Positions 52,321 through 64,000 of a stretch of DNA of 64,000 nucleotides are shown one piece after another; the stretch's first letter is position 1, and every line of letters starts with the position of its first letter. Made by a program: the position numbers and the translations under genes. Source of the DNA: Octopus sinensis (Eukaryota); assembly GCF_006345805.1 (NCBI RefSeq), contig NC_043004.1, positions 94,426,001-94,490,000 of the forward strand. The letters run 5' to 3'. Under the pieces are notes generated by a model, which had not been told where the DNA came from, made no database searches, and saw only the letters and a program-made list of their open reading frames with translations.

Positions 52321-52857
52321 CATATGTATATATGTGTGTGTGACATACCAAGGATTTCCTAAATTATGGTAGTAAAATAAGATAGAAAAGGGAGTAATAT
52401 AACAAATAATTCTTTTGGACAGTTTTAACTGCTCCAAAGTTAAATGACCTGAAGGCCACATTCTCTTGGGCATATCGCTGCATGACCTAAAGCAAACAAA
52501 ATATTTTCTGGAACTTTCTGATATATTGTTTATGGAACAAATTATATTCTAGCCAAATAGGTGTAAAACCATTTTAGGTCTCTGCTTCACACGCTACATA
52601 TAACTCATCCATAATGTGGAAGGTGGTGGTACCAACGTTTTTCTAATACTATAACCCAATCAGATTTTCAACGAAAGGTCCAAATGGAAACCTTGATATG
52701 CACCCTACAAGAAGTATGAGAACCCTGTCCAGTTTGAATTTACACAAAGCTAACTGGAAATCAATTCAAAAAGAGATCCTCAAACACAATTGACTTGAAA
52801 GTCTTTTTTTCAGAACAATGAAATAAAAAAAATTCCATTGGAAAAACTCCAAGGAAT

Positions 52858-53598
52858 TATTATTGGTTTGTCAGATAAATTCGTTTGTTTTCTTTTTCTG
52901 GCTGTTTATTTTAAACCTTAGTTTCCGTCTACAGTTTTAGCAAATCAGTCAATGATAATTCTCATTCTTTGTCCATGACTTCTCACTGATGCTTCAGCAA
53001 CTGGTCAATGTCTTGACAGAAGAAACCACCAGGCCTTGACTCAAAGAAACCATCAAGCTACGTTTCCAACCCCAAATTGTTGTTGAACGAAATATGTCAC
53101 AGACTGTTGGAGAGTGACTGAAAAATGTTAATAACCTGAAGGTGGTATATCACTGGAATATGGTGAGTGTGGTAGAACTTCCAAAGCAAACTTCTGAAAA
53201 GTATTTTTGGTGAAATTAGTGACATAGGCGCAAGTGTTGTGTTGAAGAAGCATGCAGTTTCCCCTGTCAGGTCGTTTGAACATTACTGACCAAGTGAAGG
53301 TAACAGGCGATGGTATCATGAGAGCATACTGTCAGTTGGACCAATTCCTCAGTGGACTGGCACAGATTCTTGTGAATGAGCTTGCTCAGTTGATCCTCAT
53401 TGAATTGAACAGGTCTGGTCAGAATGTGGAGAGTCTGTGAGGTCAAATTTCCCCTCCTTCTGTGCATTTCTTTCAGTAACAGTGTTTTCTCCCTACATAC
53501 ACAGATGTCTCAAGCAACTTGAGTAGATTTGGGATCTTGACTGAAAGCAAAAAAAAATATCAAAACCGCTAATATTTTTTTCCTGCTGGACAATCTAT
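52858..53598 (-). mobile_element. Decayed mariner element
   Basis: Minus-strand pieces RPVQFNEDQL..HKNLCQSTEELV and HNTCAY..EVLPHSPYSSDIPPSGY (mariner HPPYSPDLAPSDY motif); degenerate TIRs. Confidence 0.8.
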
Positions 53599-54030
53599 TG
53601 TTATATGTCTAAAAAAAGGTAAAAGTTATTCAAATTTCAAAAGCGATTAACAACAGTTGTTGAGGAACAATAGAGCTATAAAACTCCATATAACACTATG
53701 ATAAAAAATACGTTTTGTGTTAATAGAAGTAACATTGGAAAGAAATGAATGAATTTATCTGACAACCCAATACATCTACGTTACCAGTGTGAAAAGTACA
53801 TTGAACGATATTTGTGTACAAAATGTGATATTGTATGGTAGTGAGCTGTAGGCTTTTTGAAGACTAGAAAAAAATAAAATTAGCATATTTTGCTGGATAT
53901 GTAATGTTGATGTGGTGTCCATATATGGCAAAGTATGAATGGGCTGAGAGAAAATCTAGGTATAAGAAATATCTAATGTAGTGAGCAAAAAGGAAAGACA
54001 GCACTGGTATGGGTGTGTGATGTGATGCAT

Positions 54031-54413
54031 GGAAGCACTCCGTCGGTTACGACGATGAGGGTTCCGGTTGATCCGATCAACGGAACAGCCTGCTCGTGAA
54101 ATTAACGCGTAAGTGGCTGAGCACTCCACAGACACGTGTACCCTTAATGTAGTTCTCGGGGATATTCAGCGTGACACAGAGAGTGACAAGGCCGGCCCTT
54201 TGAAATACAGGTACAACAGAAACAGGAAGTAAGAGTGAGAGAAAGTTGTGGTGAAAGAGTACAGCAGGGATCACCACCATCCCCTGCCGGAGCCTCGTGG
54301 AGCTTTAGGTGTTTTCGCTCAATAAACACTCACAACGCCCGGTCTGGAAATCGAAATCGCAATCCTACGACCGCGAGTCTGCTGCCCTAACCACTGGGCC
54401 ATTGCGCCTCCAA
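54031..54413 (-). mobile_element. SINE family D, tail type 2, with 12-bp TSD
   Basis: TSD GATGTGATGCAT at 54019-54030 and 54414-54425. Confidence 0.92.
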
Positions 54414-55281
54414 GATGTGATGCATAAAGGAACACCAAATACTCAAAGTGAATGAAACTTGTTGAAAAGGGAGACTGAGGAAAACTTAGGGCAAATTGGT
54501 GCTGGTTGATCTCAAAATATTGCATCTCGTGAAGTAGATGACACAGGACTATGTTAATTCTTGGTACATTGTACAGAAAAACTTGGCCATCCATGCAGGC
54601 ATAGCAGAATATGTTAAACGAAAACTGATGGAAGCTGGAGTATATGATATAAATCCACATCTGAGCATTTTTCCTATTTGTACCTGGTAAATTTCCCCGG
54701 CTGTCATTCTTCCTTATTTGATGCTCTCTCATCTCTCAACCACCCATCCCCTATTCACTGTATCTTATCAGCTGTAGAATGACAGAAACATTTATATCTT
54801 CCCATACTCAATTCCATAGTCTTACCATAATTGATATATCTCTATACTTCACCCACTTCTATCACATTGCGTGAATAACACTTGTTAGTATCCAATATAC
54901 TCGATTCTTTACAGTAACGTAATTTCCCCGTTAATCAGGTACCAGGAAGGAGAAGTGACATTAATGACAGCCATATATTTACAGGTAGGGAAAGAGAGAG
55001 AGAGAGAGAGAGGGGGGAGAGATGGAGGTGTATCCAATGCCAAGATTCCAATATCAATGGCATTCTCTCCCCATTTCTAAATTGGCAACTATGACTCTCT
55101 TTCCACCCAGTGTTACCTTCCTCAACTGCTTTCATTGATATCCATCACACTCACAAACATACTCTCACTACCAACGACCACTTTTTCTCTCTCTCTCTCA
55201 CCAGCATTTAATTCCTCCCTCTCATAATGGTGCCCGAGTAACAAGGGTTTGCATCAGATCTGTTGGTATCTGATACACCTC

Positions 55282-55762
55282 TGGCAGAAACGTTAGCACG
55301 CCGGGCGAAATGCTTAGCGGTATTTCGTCTGCCGTTACGTTCTGAGTTCAAATTCCGCCGAGGTCGACTTTGCCTTTCATCCTTTCGGGGTCGATAAATT
55401 AAGTACCAGTTACGCACTGGGGTCGATGTAATCAACTTAATACCTATGTCTGTCCTTGTTTGTTCCCTCTGTGTTTAGCCCCTTGTGGGTAATAAAGAAA
55501 TAGGTTGATCGTGCACGTGCTGTCGGTATAAGGCGGCGAGCTGGCAGAAACGTTAGTGCGCCGGGCGAAATGCTTAGCGGTATTTCGTCTGCCATTACGT
55601 TGTGAGTTCAAATTCCGCCGAGGTTGACTTTGCCTTTCATCCTTTCAGGGTCGATAAATTAAGTACCAGTTACGCACTGGGGTCGATGTAATCGACTTAA
55701 TACCTATGTCTGTCCTTGTTTGTCCCCTCTATGTTTAGCCCCTTGCGGGTAATAAAGAAATA
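55282..55762 (+). mobile_element. Dimeric SINE family B inside one 17-bp TSD
   Basis: TSD GGTATCTGATACACCTC at 55265-55281 and 55763-55779. The two units are separated by a ~25-bp non-target spacer. Confidence 0.9.
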
Positions 55763-56194
55763 GGTATCTGATACACCTCAATCGTTCTCCCCGCTCTCTT
55801 TCTCCTACCAATAAATATATAATTGTTATTAATATCTCTCATCTTTCGCGATGCCTGATGGACGAAGGATTACGCTGAATCCAATACATCCATTCCACCA
55901 ACTTCCAGTTCCTCTTCCTTGTGTACTCATCACTCTCTTGGCCATGTCCACTACTCATTACTTATTCCCTCTCCGTCAAGGTCCACTTTGCTTTTCATCC
56001 TTTCATGGGTGATAACATTAAATTATTAGTCAAGTACTGGGGCTGATTTAACCGACTTGCCCCCATCCTCTCAAAATTGCTGGCCTTGTGCCCAAATTAG
56101 AAAGTATTTATATGAACCTGCAAATCTTTTTATTTTTAGAAGGGAGGGTGGATACAGTGATTTATATCGACCCAGTACTTGATCAGTATTTGAT

Positions 56195-56415
56195 TAGCAG
56201 AAACGTTAACACGCTGGGCGAAATGCTAAGCGGTATTTCGTCTGCTGTTACGCTCTGAGTTTAAATTCCGCCGAGGTCAACTTTGCCTTTCATCCTTTCG
56301 GGGTTGATAAATTAAGTATCAGTTACGCACTGGGGTCGATATAATCGACTTAATCCGTCTGTCTGTCCTTGTTTGTCCTCTCTATGTTTAGCCCTTGTGG
56401 GTAGTAAAGAAATAG
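56195..56415 (+). mobile_element. SINE family B
   Basis: Matches the family B consensus. Confidence 0.88.
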
Positions 56416-56529
56416 ATTGTTTTATCAATCGCTGAAGGATGAAGAGCACAATCTGTATTGGCAGGATTTGAACCAAGAACAACCCAGAAACTAAATATTG
56501 CAATGCTTATTACTCATTCTGCCAACCAC

Positions 56530-57010
56530 TACAGTTAAATGATTGTCGCTTGGTGACAACAAATGTTGGGGAGAAGATGTTTGAAGAGGCAACATTTTAT
56601 AACTTATGGAAACGTTCTTCTTGGTATGTCATTTATGCATCGTTTAGTTGTTATTGTATTCACATAGGATCCAATTATTAAACTTCTTCAGCTGTTTGCA
56701 TATCTTTTAAATAGTCTGAAATTGTTAGAATACCAACAACCAATACTTGAGTGATTTCTCAAACGAGTTTGGCATATATTTTCTTCCCTTAACATCTCCA
56801 CAAGATAATTTATAACAACTGAAACATATCACTTTACCGTTCTTCATTTCCATTTTTGTCTTTGAGATCTTCCATCTCCATTGTAAAACTTTTGAAAGAA
56901 ATGCTGCAGTACACATAGTACACATAGTATACATTTGAAAATTGGTATTGCAGCAAAATACAATGTCATGTAAGAAAATAATGTATAAATCATTTTTCAT
57001 CTTTTATATG
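56530..57010 (-). pseudogene. Heavily decayed fragment resembling the C-terminus of an RLE-type non-LTR retrotransposon
   Basis: Interrupted frames LHDIV ... KIYAKLV*EI..QVLVVGILT loosely resemble RHD..KEKYxxL..VVPIVIGALG. Confidence 0.3.
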
Positions 57011-57079
57011 TTTGAAAGCTGGCATTGGCTGAGTGGTTAAGCTGTTTGCTTCTCAACCGCGTGGTTTTGGTTCAGTTCT

Positions 57080-57335
57080 ACTCTCTTTACTCTTTTACTT
57101 GTTTCAGTCATTTGACTGCAGCCATGCTGGAGCACCGCCTTTAGTCGAGCAAATCGACATCAGGACTTATTCTTTGTAAACCTAGTACTTATTCTATCGG
57201 TCACTTTTGCAGAACTGCTAAGTGACGGGGACATAAACACACCAGCATCAATTGTCAAGCGATCTTAGGGGGACAAACACTGACACACAAACATATACAC
57301 ACACACACATACATACATATATATATATATATTAT

Positions 57336-57385
<50 letters not shown>

Positions 57386-57549
57386 TATGACGAGCTTCTT
57401 TCAGTTTCCGTCTACCAAATCCACTGGCAAGGCTTTTGTCGGCCTGAGGCTATAGTAGAAGACACTTGCTCAAGGTTCCATGCAGTGGGACTGAACCTGG
57501 AACCATGTGGTTGGTAAGCAAGCTATTTACCACACAGCTACTCTTACGC
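57080..57549 (-). mobile_element. SINE family A, full length
   Basis: Reverse complement of family A. Confidence 0.9.
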
Positions 57550-57849
57550 CCCATCTACCTCAGATCTGGTACCCTCCTATGGTCAAATAAATGATGGTCT
57601 TCAGGAACAACGATTTGATAACTCAGACAAGGCAAACATGTCTGTGATGAAATGGTTACAACAGTGCACACCTGAGTCTTTCAAAGAGGATTCAACATCT
57701 GGGGGTAAATGCATTGCTTGTGATGGAGACTACAATGTTAAGTAGAAACTTTGTATAGAGTAGGTGTTACTCTACCAACACGTGACCTCAGTGAGTTAAT
57801 AAAAAAGTTATGCCCACTTATGTATAAATTTCAAGACAACCCTTGTATA
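57550..57849 (+). mobile_element. mariner 3' end remnant
   Basis: A frame reading DLVPSY..LQEQRFD..VMKWLQQ..KCIACDGDY matches the mariner C-terminus; it ends in ..AAGACAACCCTTG|TA. Confidence 0.55.
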
Positions 57850-58250
57850 TATTCCCTTTTACTTGTTTTTGTCATTTGACTGCAGTCATGCTGGAGTTTT
57901 TAGCCTTAAAGTGTTTTTAGTCAAAGAAACCGACCCCAAGACTTTTTCTTTGTTTGACTAGTATTTATTCTATCAGTCTCTTTTGCTGAACTGCTAAGTT
58001 ATGGGTACATAAATACACCAAGATTGGTTGTCATGCAATAGTGAAGAGAGAAACACAGATACAAAGACACACACACAGACACAAAGACTTCACACACACA
58101 CATACATACACACGTACATACATACATATATATTTCAACACATAGAAAATAATTCAGGAGAAAAAATATTTGCAAAGATATCATTAACTCTATTATTATC
58201 TAGTGTAACATACTTAGTATGTTCTTTGATTAATTTTTTATATATATACA

Positions 58251-58435
58251 TATAAATAAATGGAGTTAAACGCAGGTGTTATTTAAATTCTTTTACTTCC
58301 GACATATCTTTAGAAGATATCACTGGTATTATTCCAAAAGAATAAAATGGTGTAAAACAGTGATATCTTCAAAACATATGTCGGAAGTAAAATAATTTGA
58401 ATGATACATGCGTTTAATTCCAATTATTTATTTAT
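58251..58435. repeat. ~75-bp-arm inverted repeat related to the 12.2-kb hammerhead element
   Basis: Arms about 58251-58325 / 58358-58435. The right arm has TCTTC-AAAACATATGTC-GGAAGTAAA versus TCTTC-GAAACATATGTT-GAAAGTAAA at 12274-12299. Confidence 0.8.
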
Positions 58436-58591
58436 ATATATTATACAAAAATTTCTCGTAAACCTGAAGTTTCTACCTTTAAAAACAAGGAGTTACAACC
58501 TTTTTACTTGTGCGATTTTTTGCTACCCTGATAACTATTTATCTATTTTTTTCCTGTTAATTGTTAACAAGGGAAAAATACACACATCTAT

Positions 58592-58650
<59 letters not shown>

Positions 58651-58689
58651 CATGTGTAGCAATATTGTTTTCTTCATTGCTATCTTCAC

Positions 58690-59829
58690 TGTTTGAGAAA
58701 AGTATTAAGAATGATCTCGTTTGAGATTACAAACATCTTTGGCTAGTTTAACGTTGTTGTAACCACTAACCTGATTGGTTGACATGTGACACGAGTGGTC
58801 TCTACATAGTTTGCGCCATTGGTTGACATGTGACACGAGTTGTCTCTACATAGTTCGCGCCACTGGTTGACATGTGATGCGGTTTGTCTCTACATATTTC
58901 GCGCCATTGTTCCAAGCCGACCAATCGCGGCCTTTGGTTAAGATTCCAATTTCTGAAGTTCGTTTGAGCCGCCCAAACGGTATAAAAAGGAGTGTTTTCA
59001 GACACCTTTCGTCTTTGGTTTCTAGTCCTTGTGAGGACTAAACCTCTGACCACACAGAGCATACTCAACCATGTTCCAGTTCGAAAGGCAGGCGACCACC
59101 AAGCAAAACTATCTACGAAGATTTAGCTTGTACATAAGATGGCTACAGATTCAACTCATACTGTTAGTGTGAAAATCTCACCACGGAAAAACAGTTGCAG
59201 AATATCTATATCAAGAGAAAAATAACCAAGCAGAACATATAATGAAGACGCTGCAAAAACCAAGCGACAGACACGACGTCATCGCCAACATCGTCTCTAT
59301 CTACGAAGATTTAACTTGTACACAAGATAACTACAGATTCAACTCAAGCGGTTAGGTGAAAATCTCACCACGGCAAAACGGCTACAGTAAATATATCTGA
59401 AAGAATATCCATATCAAGAGAAAGATAAACACAACAAGTGATTCAACTAATCTCAGCTCCGAGACACAACATCTTGATATTGAACTCTTACACTTCGTGT
59501 ACCTCATAAACAGTAAATCAATTACCTGTCTTTAGTTTTAGTTCTTGTAAGAACTGGCTTCAGAGACAGCGCTGCTCAACCAAATGATATACGATTGTTC
59601 CTGCTACAACTAGCTACGACGCTAATGTACACTCAACAACAGAAAGCCTACTATCTTCGCCGCCTCCACCATCAGGTACTTTTTATGTCAACCGCATTCA
59701 CCCTGATTGCTCTGTCCACACACGAACACACAGACACAAACACGTGTTGCATGCGTACATACGTGCTAACGTTTACAAACTCCTAACATTGACACGATTG
59801 TAAAATAAATAATGTTTATATCTCAAACA
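58690..59829 (+). mobile_element. Solo-LTR-like segment
   Basis: TGTTTGAGA...TCTCAAACA inverted termini (TG..CA). It contains 3x ~44-bp repeats (58774-58905), CCAAT (58921), TATAAAA (58981), an internal ~115-130-bp duplication (about 59108 / 59296) and AATAAA (59804). No TSD was found, so the boundaries are uncertain. Confidence 0.6.
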
Positions 59830-60116
59830 GAAGAATTGTTGTCAATCCACTTATGTTCTATTGTTACTGCATGTATTTATGGCTTGTAATAATTCGTTAA
59901 GAATAGGACCACGTGCGATCGTATTTCCTACACGATACGACCACATGTGATCCTATTTCTTACACATAAATGCTTCTTTCAGTTTCTGTCTACCAAATCC
60001 ATTCACAAGGCTTTGGTTGGCCTGAGACTATAGTAGAAGACATTTGCCCAAGTGGAACTGAACCTGGAACCATATGGTTGGGAAGCAAGCTTCTTACCAC
60101 ACAACCACGCTTGCAC

Positions 60117-60715
60117 CTGTATCTGTATGTTGTGCTCCAATTATTATTGGTATAAATGTAAACTTATAATCTGGATATAGAAACTGAAAGTTTCGAAGCA
60201 GTTGTCCATAGTTATCTTCTTTCTCTTTGATTTTCAAAGAGATATTCACATCAGCAGGACAGCTGATCTCTATGATAGTACATACTTTTTCTTGTCTGCC
60301 CCAAACAACGACATCCAGCCTGTTATGCTTACATTTAAGAGATGTTTTCATGGGAATGGTCCATCAGTTTTCCTTGTGCATGTATTTGAGTATGTATTCG
60401 ATAACAGAGAGATTCTCTGTATGTATATAGTTGCAGCAAAGCCATATAGTAAAGAAGTTCATTTTGCAACTTGTATTTGCCCAAGATGTTACACAATGAC
60501 ATTTTGAGCAAAAATATATAAATGTGGGATCGGAAATTGGCTTTGATTTGAGCGATAAAGCTCCAAAAAAACCAGTAATTTCCCTTTGATCGACCTGAAA
60601 CCACAGTAGAAGTCACTTGCACGGTGGAATGAAACCAGAAACTACATAGTTGAGAAGTGAACATCATCACCAAAGAACTATATCTGACCCTGAGTAGTAA
60701 GTAATTGTAAATCAC
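60117..60715 (-). pseudogene. RLE-type (R4/Dong/NeSL-like) non-LTR retrotransposon C-terminal fragment
   Basis: ORF 60094-60351 reads CKHNRLDVVVWGRQEKVCTIIEISCPADVNISLKIKEKEDNYGQL..FIPIIIGA, a PD-(D/E)xK restriction-like endonuclease pattern. Confidence 0.8.
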
Positions 60716-61027
60716 AAACTACATACAATTCTGTTGCATAATGGTGATATCCTTTCACATCTAATTTGGTTTTGTTTAATTATCCTGATGATGTTAATAA
60801 AATAAGACTCATAAGATTCTCTTAAATTTTGATACAAGGCCAGTCATTTTAGAGGAAGTGGGTAATTCCTTTACCTCGGTTCAAGTGGTCAGCTGCTACT
60901 TATCAATCCCAAAAGGATGAACAACAAAATTGACCTCAGCGGCATTTGAACTCAGAGCATGAAGCTGGAAGAAATGCTGATAAGCTTTCATCTGGTATGC
61001 TAACGATTCTGTCAGTTCGCCACCTTT

Positions 61028-61065
<38 letters not shown>

Positions 61066-61392
61066 TTAGCGTCCGCTTCCCATGCTAGCATAGGTTGGAC
61101 GGTTCAACAGGGGTCTGAGAAGTCAGAAGACTGCACCAGGCCCAGTCTGATCTGGCAGTGTTTCTACAGCTGGATGCCCTTCCTAACGCCAACCACTCCG
61201 TGAGTGTAGTGGGTGCTTTTTACGTGCCACCGGCACAGGTGCCAGACGAAGCTGGCAATGGCCATGATCGGATGGTGCTTTTTACGTGCCACCGGCACAG
61301 AAGCCAGTCAAGGCAGCACTGGCATCGGCCATGTTCAGATGGTGCTTTTTATGTGCCACCAGTACGGGTATCACAACTACAATTTCCATTTG
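61028..61392 (-). mobile_element. Retroposon family C
   Basis: (CAT)n tail plus family body in reverse complement. Confidence 0.88.
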
Positions 61393-62468
61393 ATTTTTAT
61401 TAATACACCAAATTTTAAAATTTTCACTAAACTTTAAAATTTCCACAGGTGTAGCCAAACAGAAAAGATATTGTGTACCTTTGAACAATTTGAGAAATAA
61501 TGGATTTCATTTTGTGACCACTCCTACTGTTTGCTGCTATTTTACATGAAAAAAACACCAAGTTCTGAGATAAATTGAATCTGTTAAAATATCAAAACTT
61601 TTGAGTTGATGGCATCAGAGACCATCTTCTGGCAGACCATAGACGTTTCTGCCTTACTGGCAAACTTCTTAATTCTTAATGATTATGCCATCTATTATGA
61701 AGAGCTAAGTATAAAGTAGAAGCTTGCCACAATGAATAACAGGAATTTTGTAAAATAAACAAGTATTTTATTATCTTGGTGTAAAGCACTCAAACCCACC
61801 TTTTATGTTTTACTTGGAGACCAGTGGATTCTACCCAATTGCTGTTGTTATGATAAACTGCATGAATACTGTCTTCAGCTGTAACCCAATGACGCACAAA
61901 GAATTCTGTGTTTCCATAGTAGTTTATTATGCATGATTAATGAATGTAATATTTAGCGAGGTAAGAACATTTGCGAAAGTTTTATGGAATGAATGATAAA
62001 TCGCATTATAAGATTCAAAGCTTTTCTATTATCATTAACGATATTAATAAAGTAAATCAATAGATATAAATTATAGATATGTTTTGATTAGTACTGATCA
62101 ACACTTAAATGTATATATAGGCACAGGCATGGCTGTGTGAATATGGAGTTCACTTCAGTTCCATTTGGTGTTTAGTTATAACTCTCTTCTTGGCATCTAG
62201 GGCAAATGTCTTCTATAGTAGCCTCGGGCCTGTCAATACCCAACTGTGAGCGTAATTGACAAGACAGAAACTGCACGGAGGCCTAGGACATATATACATA
62301 TACATATGGTTTAAATGTACAGAAAACAAAAGGAAGAGACAGGCGAGGGAACAATAAGTAGGTGTATAAGTTTGACAATCAAGGAAAAGGGAAAAGTTTT
62401 TGACGTTTCAAACCTAGGCTCTTCAACAGAAAGGGATGAGAAGGAAAAAAATGGAGAGAAAGATAAAG

Positions 62469-62539
<71 letters not shown>

Positions 62540-62904
62540 AATGGGTCAGAATTAACAGTTCCACATATTGAAATGACCAGAAGGAAGAGGCCAATGGAAG
62601 GGGAAATAACAACGACCTGGTTAAGGTGGGATGCACAAACGTATGTATATGATAAAGGCGTGTGTGAGTGTATATGTGTGTGGAGAGGGGAGGGGGAGAG
62701 CGTGTGTGTGTCTATGTGCGGGTGAGCATTAGGTTATGTAAGTCTGTGTTTGTGTATGTGTGTGTGTGTGTGCATATGGAAGCGTATGTGTATATGCGTA
62801 TAAATAAGCAAGTATAATACGTGTGCTAGGTGGAGTGATGTATGCTCTGTGTGTTTATGAGGACGTGTGTATGGGTGTGGGAGTGTGTGGAGTTGTTTAT
62901 AGAA

Positions 62905-63302
62905 CTAGCAGTATCGCCCGGCGTTGCTCGGGTTTGTAAGGGAAATAACTATATAAGCATTTTTAGAGAGTTATAGCAAAAAAATAGCAAAAAAACGCAT
63001 TAAAAATGGAAAAAAAATTATGGTAAATTTTTTTTAAATCGTTGACTCATCGTAGACATTTTTAGAGAGTTACTTCCCTTATATAATAGCTAAAAAAATG
63101 CATTAAAATGGAAAAAAATGATGGTAAATTATTTTTAAAATCGTAGACTCATCGTAGACGCGCGCTAATACCCAGAAGGGCTCGATATGAATCACGACTA
63201 TAAGATACCCGGTTTTGGTTAAACTGCACCGCAAAATGTGGGAGTAGTTAGGAATCTAAATCGTAGGAGACAGACACACAACTTGACTTTTATATATAAA
63301 GA
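62905..63302 (-). mobile_element. Non-autonomous Helitron (~398 bp), second copy
   Basis: A|CTAG..CCCGGCGTTGCTCGGG at the left end and ..TATATATAAAGA|T at the right end; reverse complement of 1395-1791. Confidence 0.88.
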
Positions 63303-63910
63303 TGTATATAAAGTTTTCAGGTGTGTGCGTGCGCGCAAACGCACGTGTATATCAGCTAATGTGTGCATGAGTGAGTAGCGTGTGTGTGCATTTGTGCTTG
63401 TGTGTATTTGTGCATCAAGTGTTTGAGACACTGTAGTGTGCATGTACATTGTGTGTGTTTATGCGTGAATATTGTATGTTTATGCATGTTGTGGGTGTGT
63501 GTATGCGTGAATATTGTGTGTTTATATGCGAGTGTATGTATGTGAGCGAGTGTAGCCACTGTAACTAGTTGGTGTGTGTGTGAATGAGGTGTTGGATAAA
63601 GTGTGTGTGTATATGGAGTTGATGTGAGTGTGATGTTCTGTGTTTGTGGATATGTGTATGTGTGTTAGGACGTTTTGTATGTGTGTATGAGGCCGTGTGA
63701 CATATATGTATGTGTTGTGGGGGAAATGTATGGAGGCATGGGGTGGGATAAAGTGATGGGAGGTGCTTGGTGTTAGTGTATGTGGAGTGGGAAGAAGTGT
63801 GTGTCGGTGTTTGCTTAGTGGTGTGTGTGACGTGGGTACTGAGTTAAACGGTGTACGCATGTGTGATATACATACATAAATACATAAATATATACACATA
63901 TACACGCGCA
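63303..63910. repeat. Degenerate (TG)n-rich tract
   Basis: Seen directly in the sequence. Confidence 0.85.
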
Positions 63911-64000
63911 GCGTCTTATTGAATCGTTGAGCAGTAAACAGTGATGTTATGTTGTCGTTCACTGTCAACAAATCGTCCGCCAGCTCTGTGTTTTCTAAAG

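Noticed and set aside
58774-58905. Regular ~44-bp repeats as a CRISPR-like array
   Set aside because: The units are contiguous with no unique spacers, there are no cas genes, and the context is eukaryotic.

Overview
AT-rich, microsatellite-dense eukaryotic DNA with no intact protein-coding gene that I can support. Its SINE and retroposon repertoire looks like a coleoid cephalopod, probably Octopus (inference from recalled repeat families, not tested). Nearly all listed ORFs are translations of (TA)n, (CA)n or trinucleotide repeats, or are decayed transposase/RT fragments. The recognisable content is: Tc1/mariner fossils (one with DD36E spacing), a piggyBac fossil plus TTAA-flanked MITEs, two copies of a ~400 bp Helitron, a Merlin-like MITE carrying (CCCTAA)n, a foldback element, CR1 and RLE-type LINE fragments, a solo-LTR-like segment, and dozens of copies from at least four SINE/retroposon families. 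The most interesting signal is RNA-structural. Five unrelated short AT-rich elements carry minimal type I hammerhead ribozyme folds: near-canonical at 12213-12295, a U3:A8 covariant at 5158-5195, one downstream of a tRNA-derived Pol III head at 8516-8776, one in a 361-bp partial tandem repeat at about 35.75 kb, and one on both arms of a palindrome at 40381-40562. Seven long fold-back inverted repeats (46-88 bp arms) occur in the same kind of element. Together these suggest a diverse set of Penelope-like/retrozyme-type ribozyme retroelements. All structures were paired by eye and coordinates of degenerate repeats are approximate.
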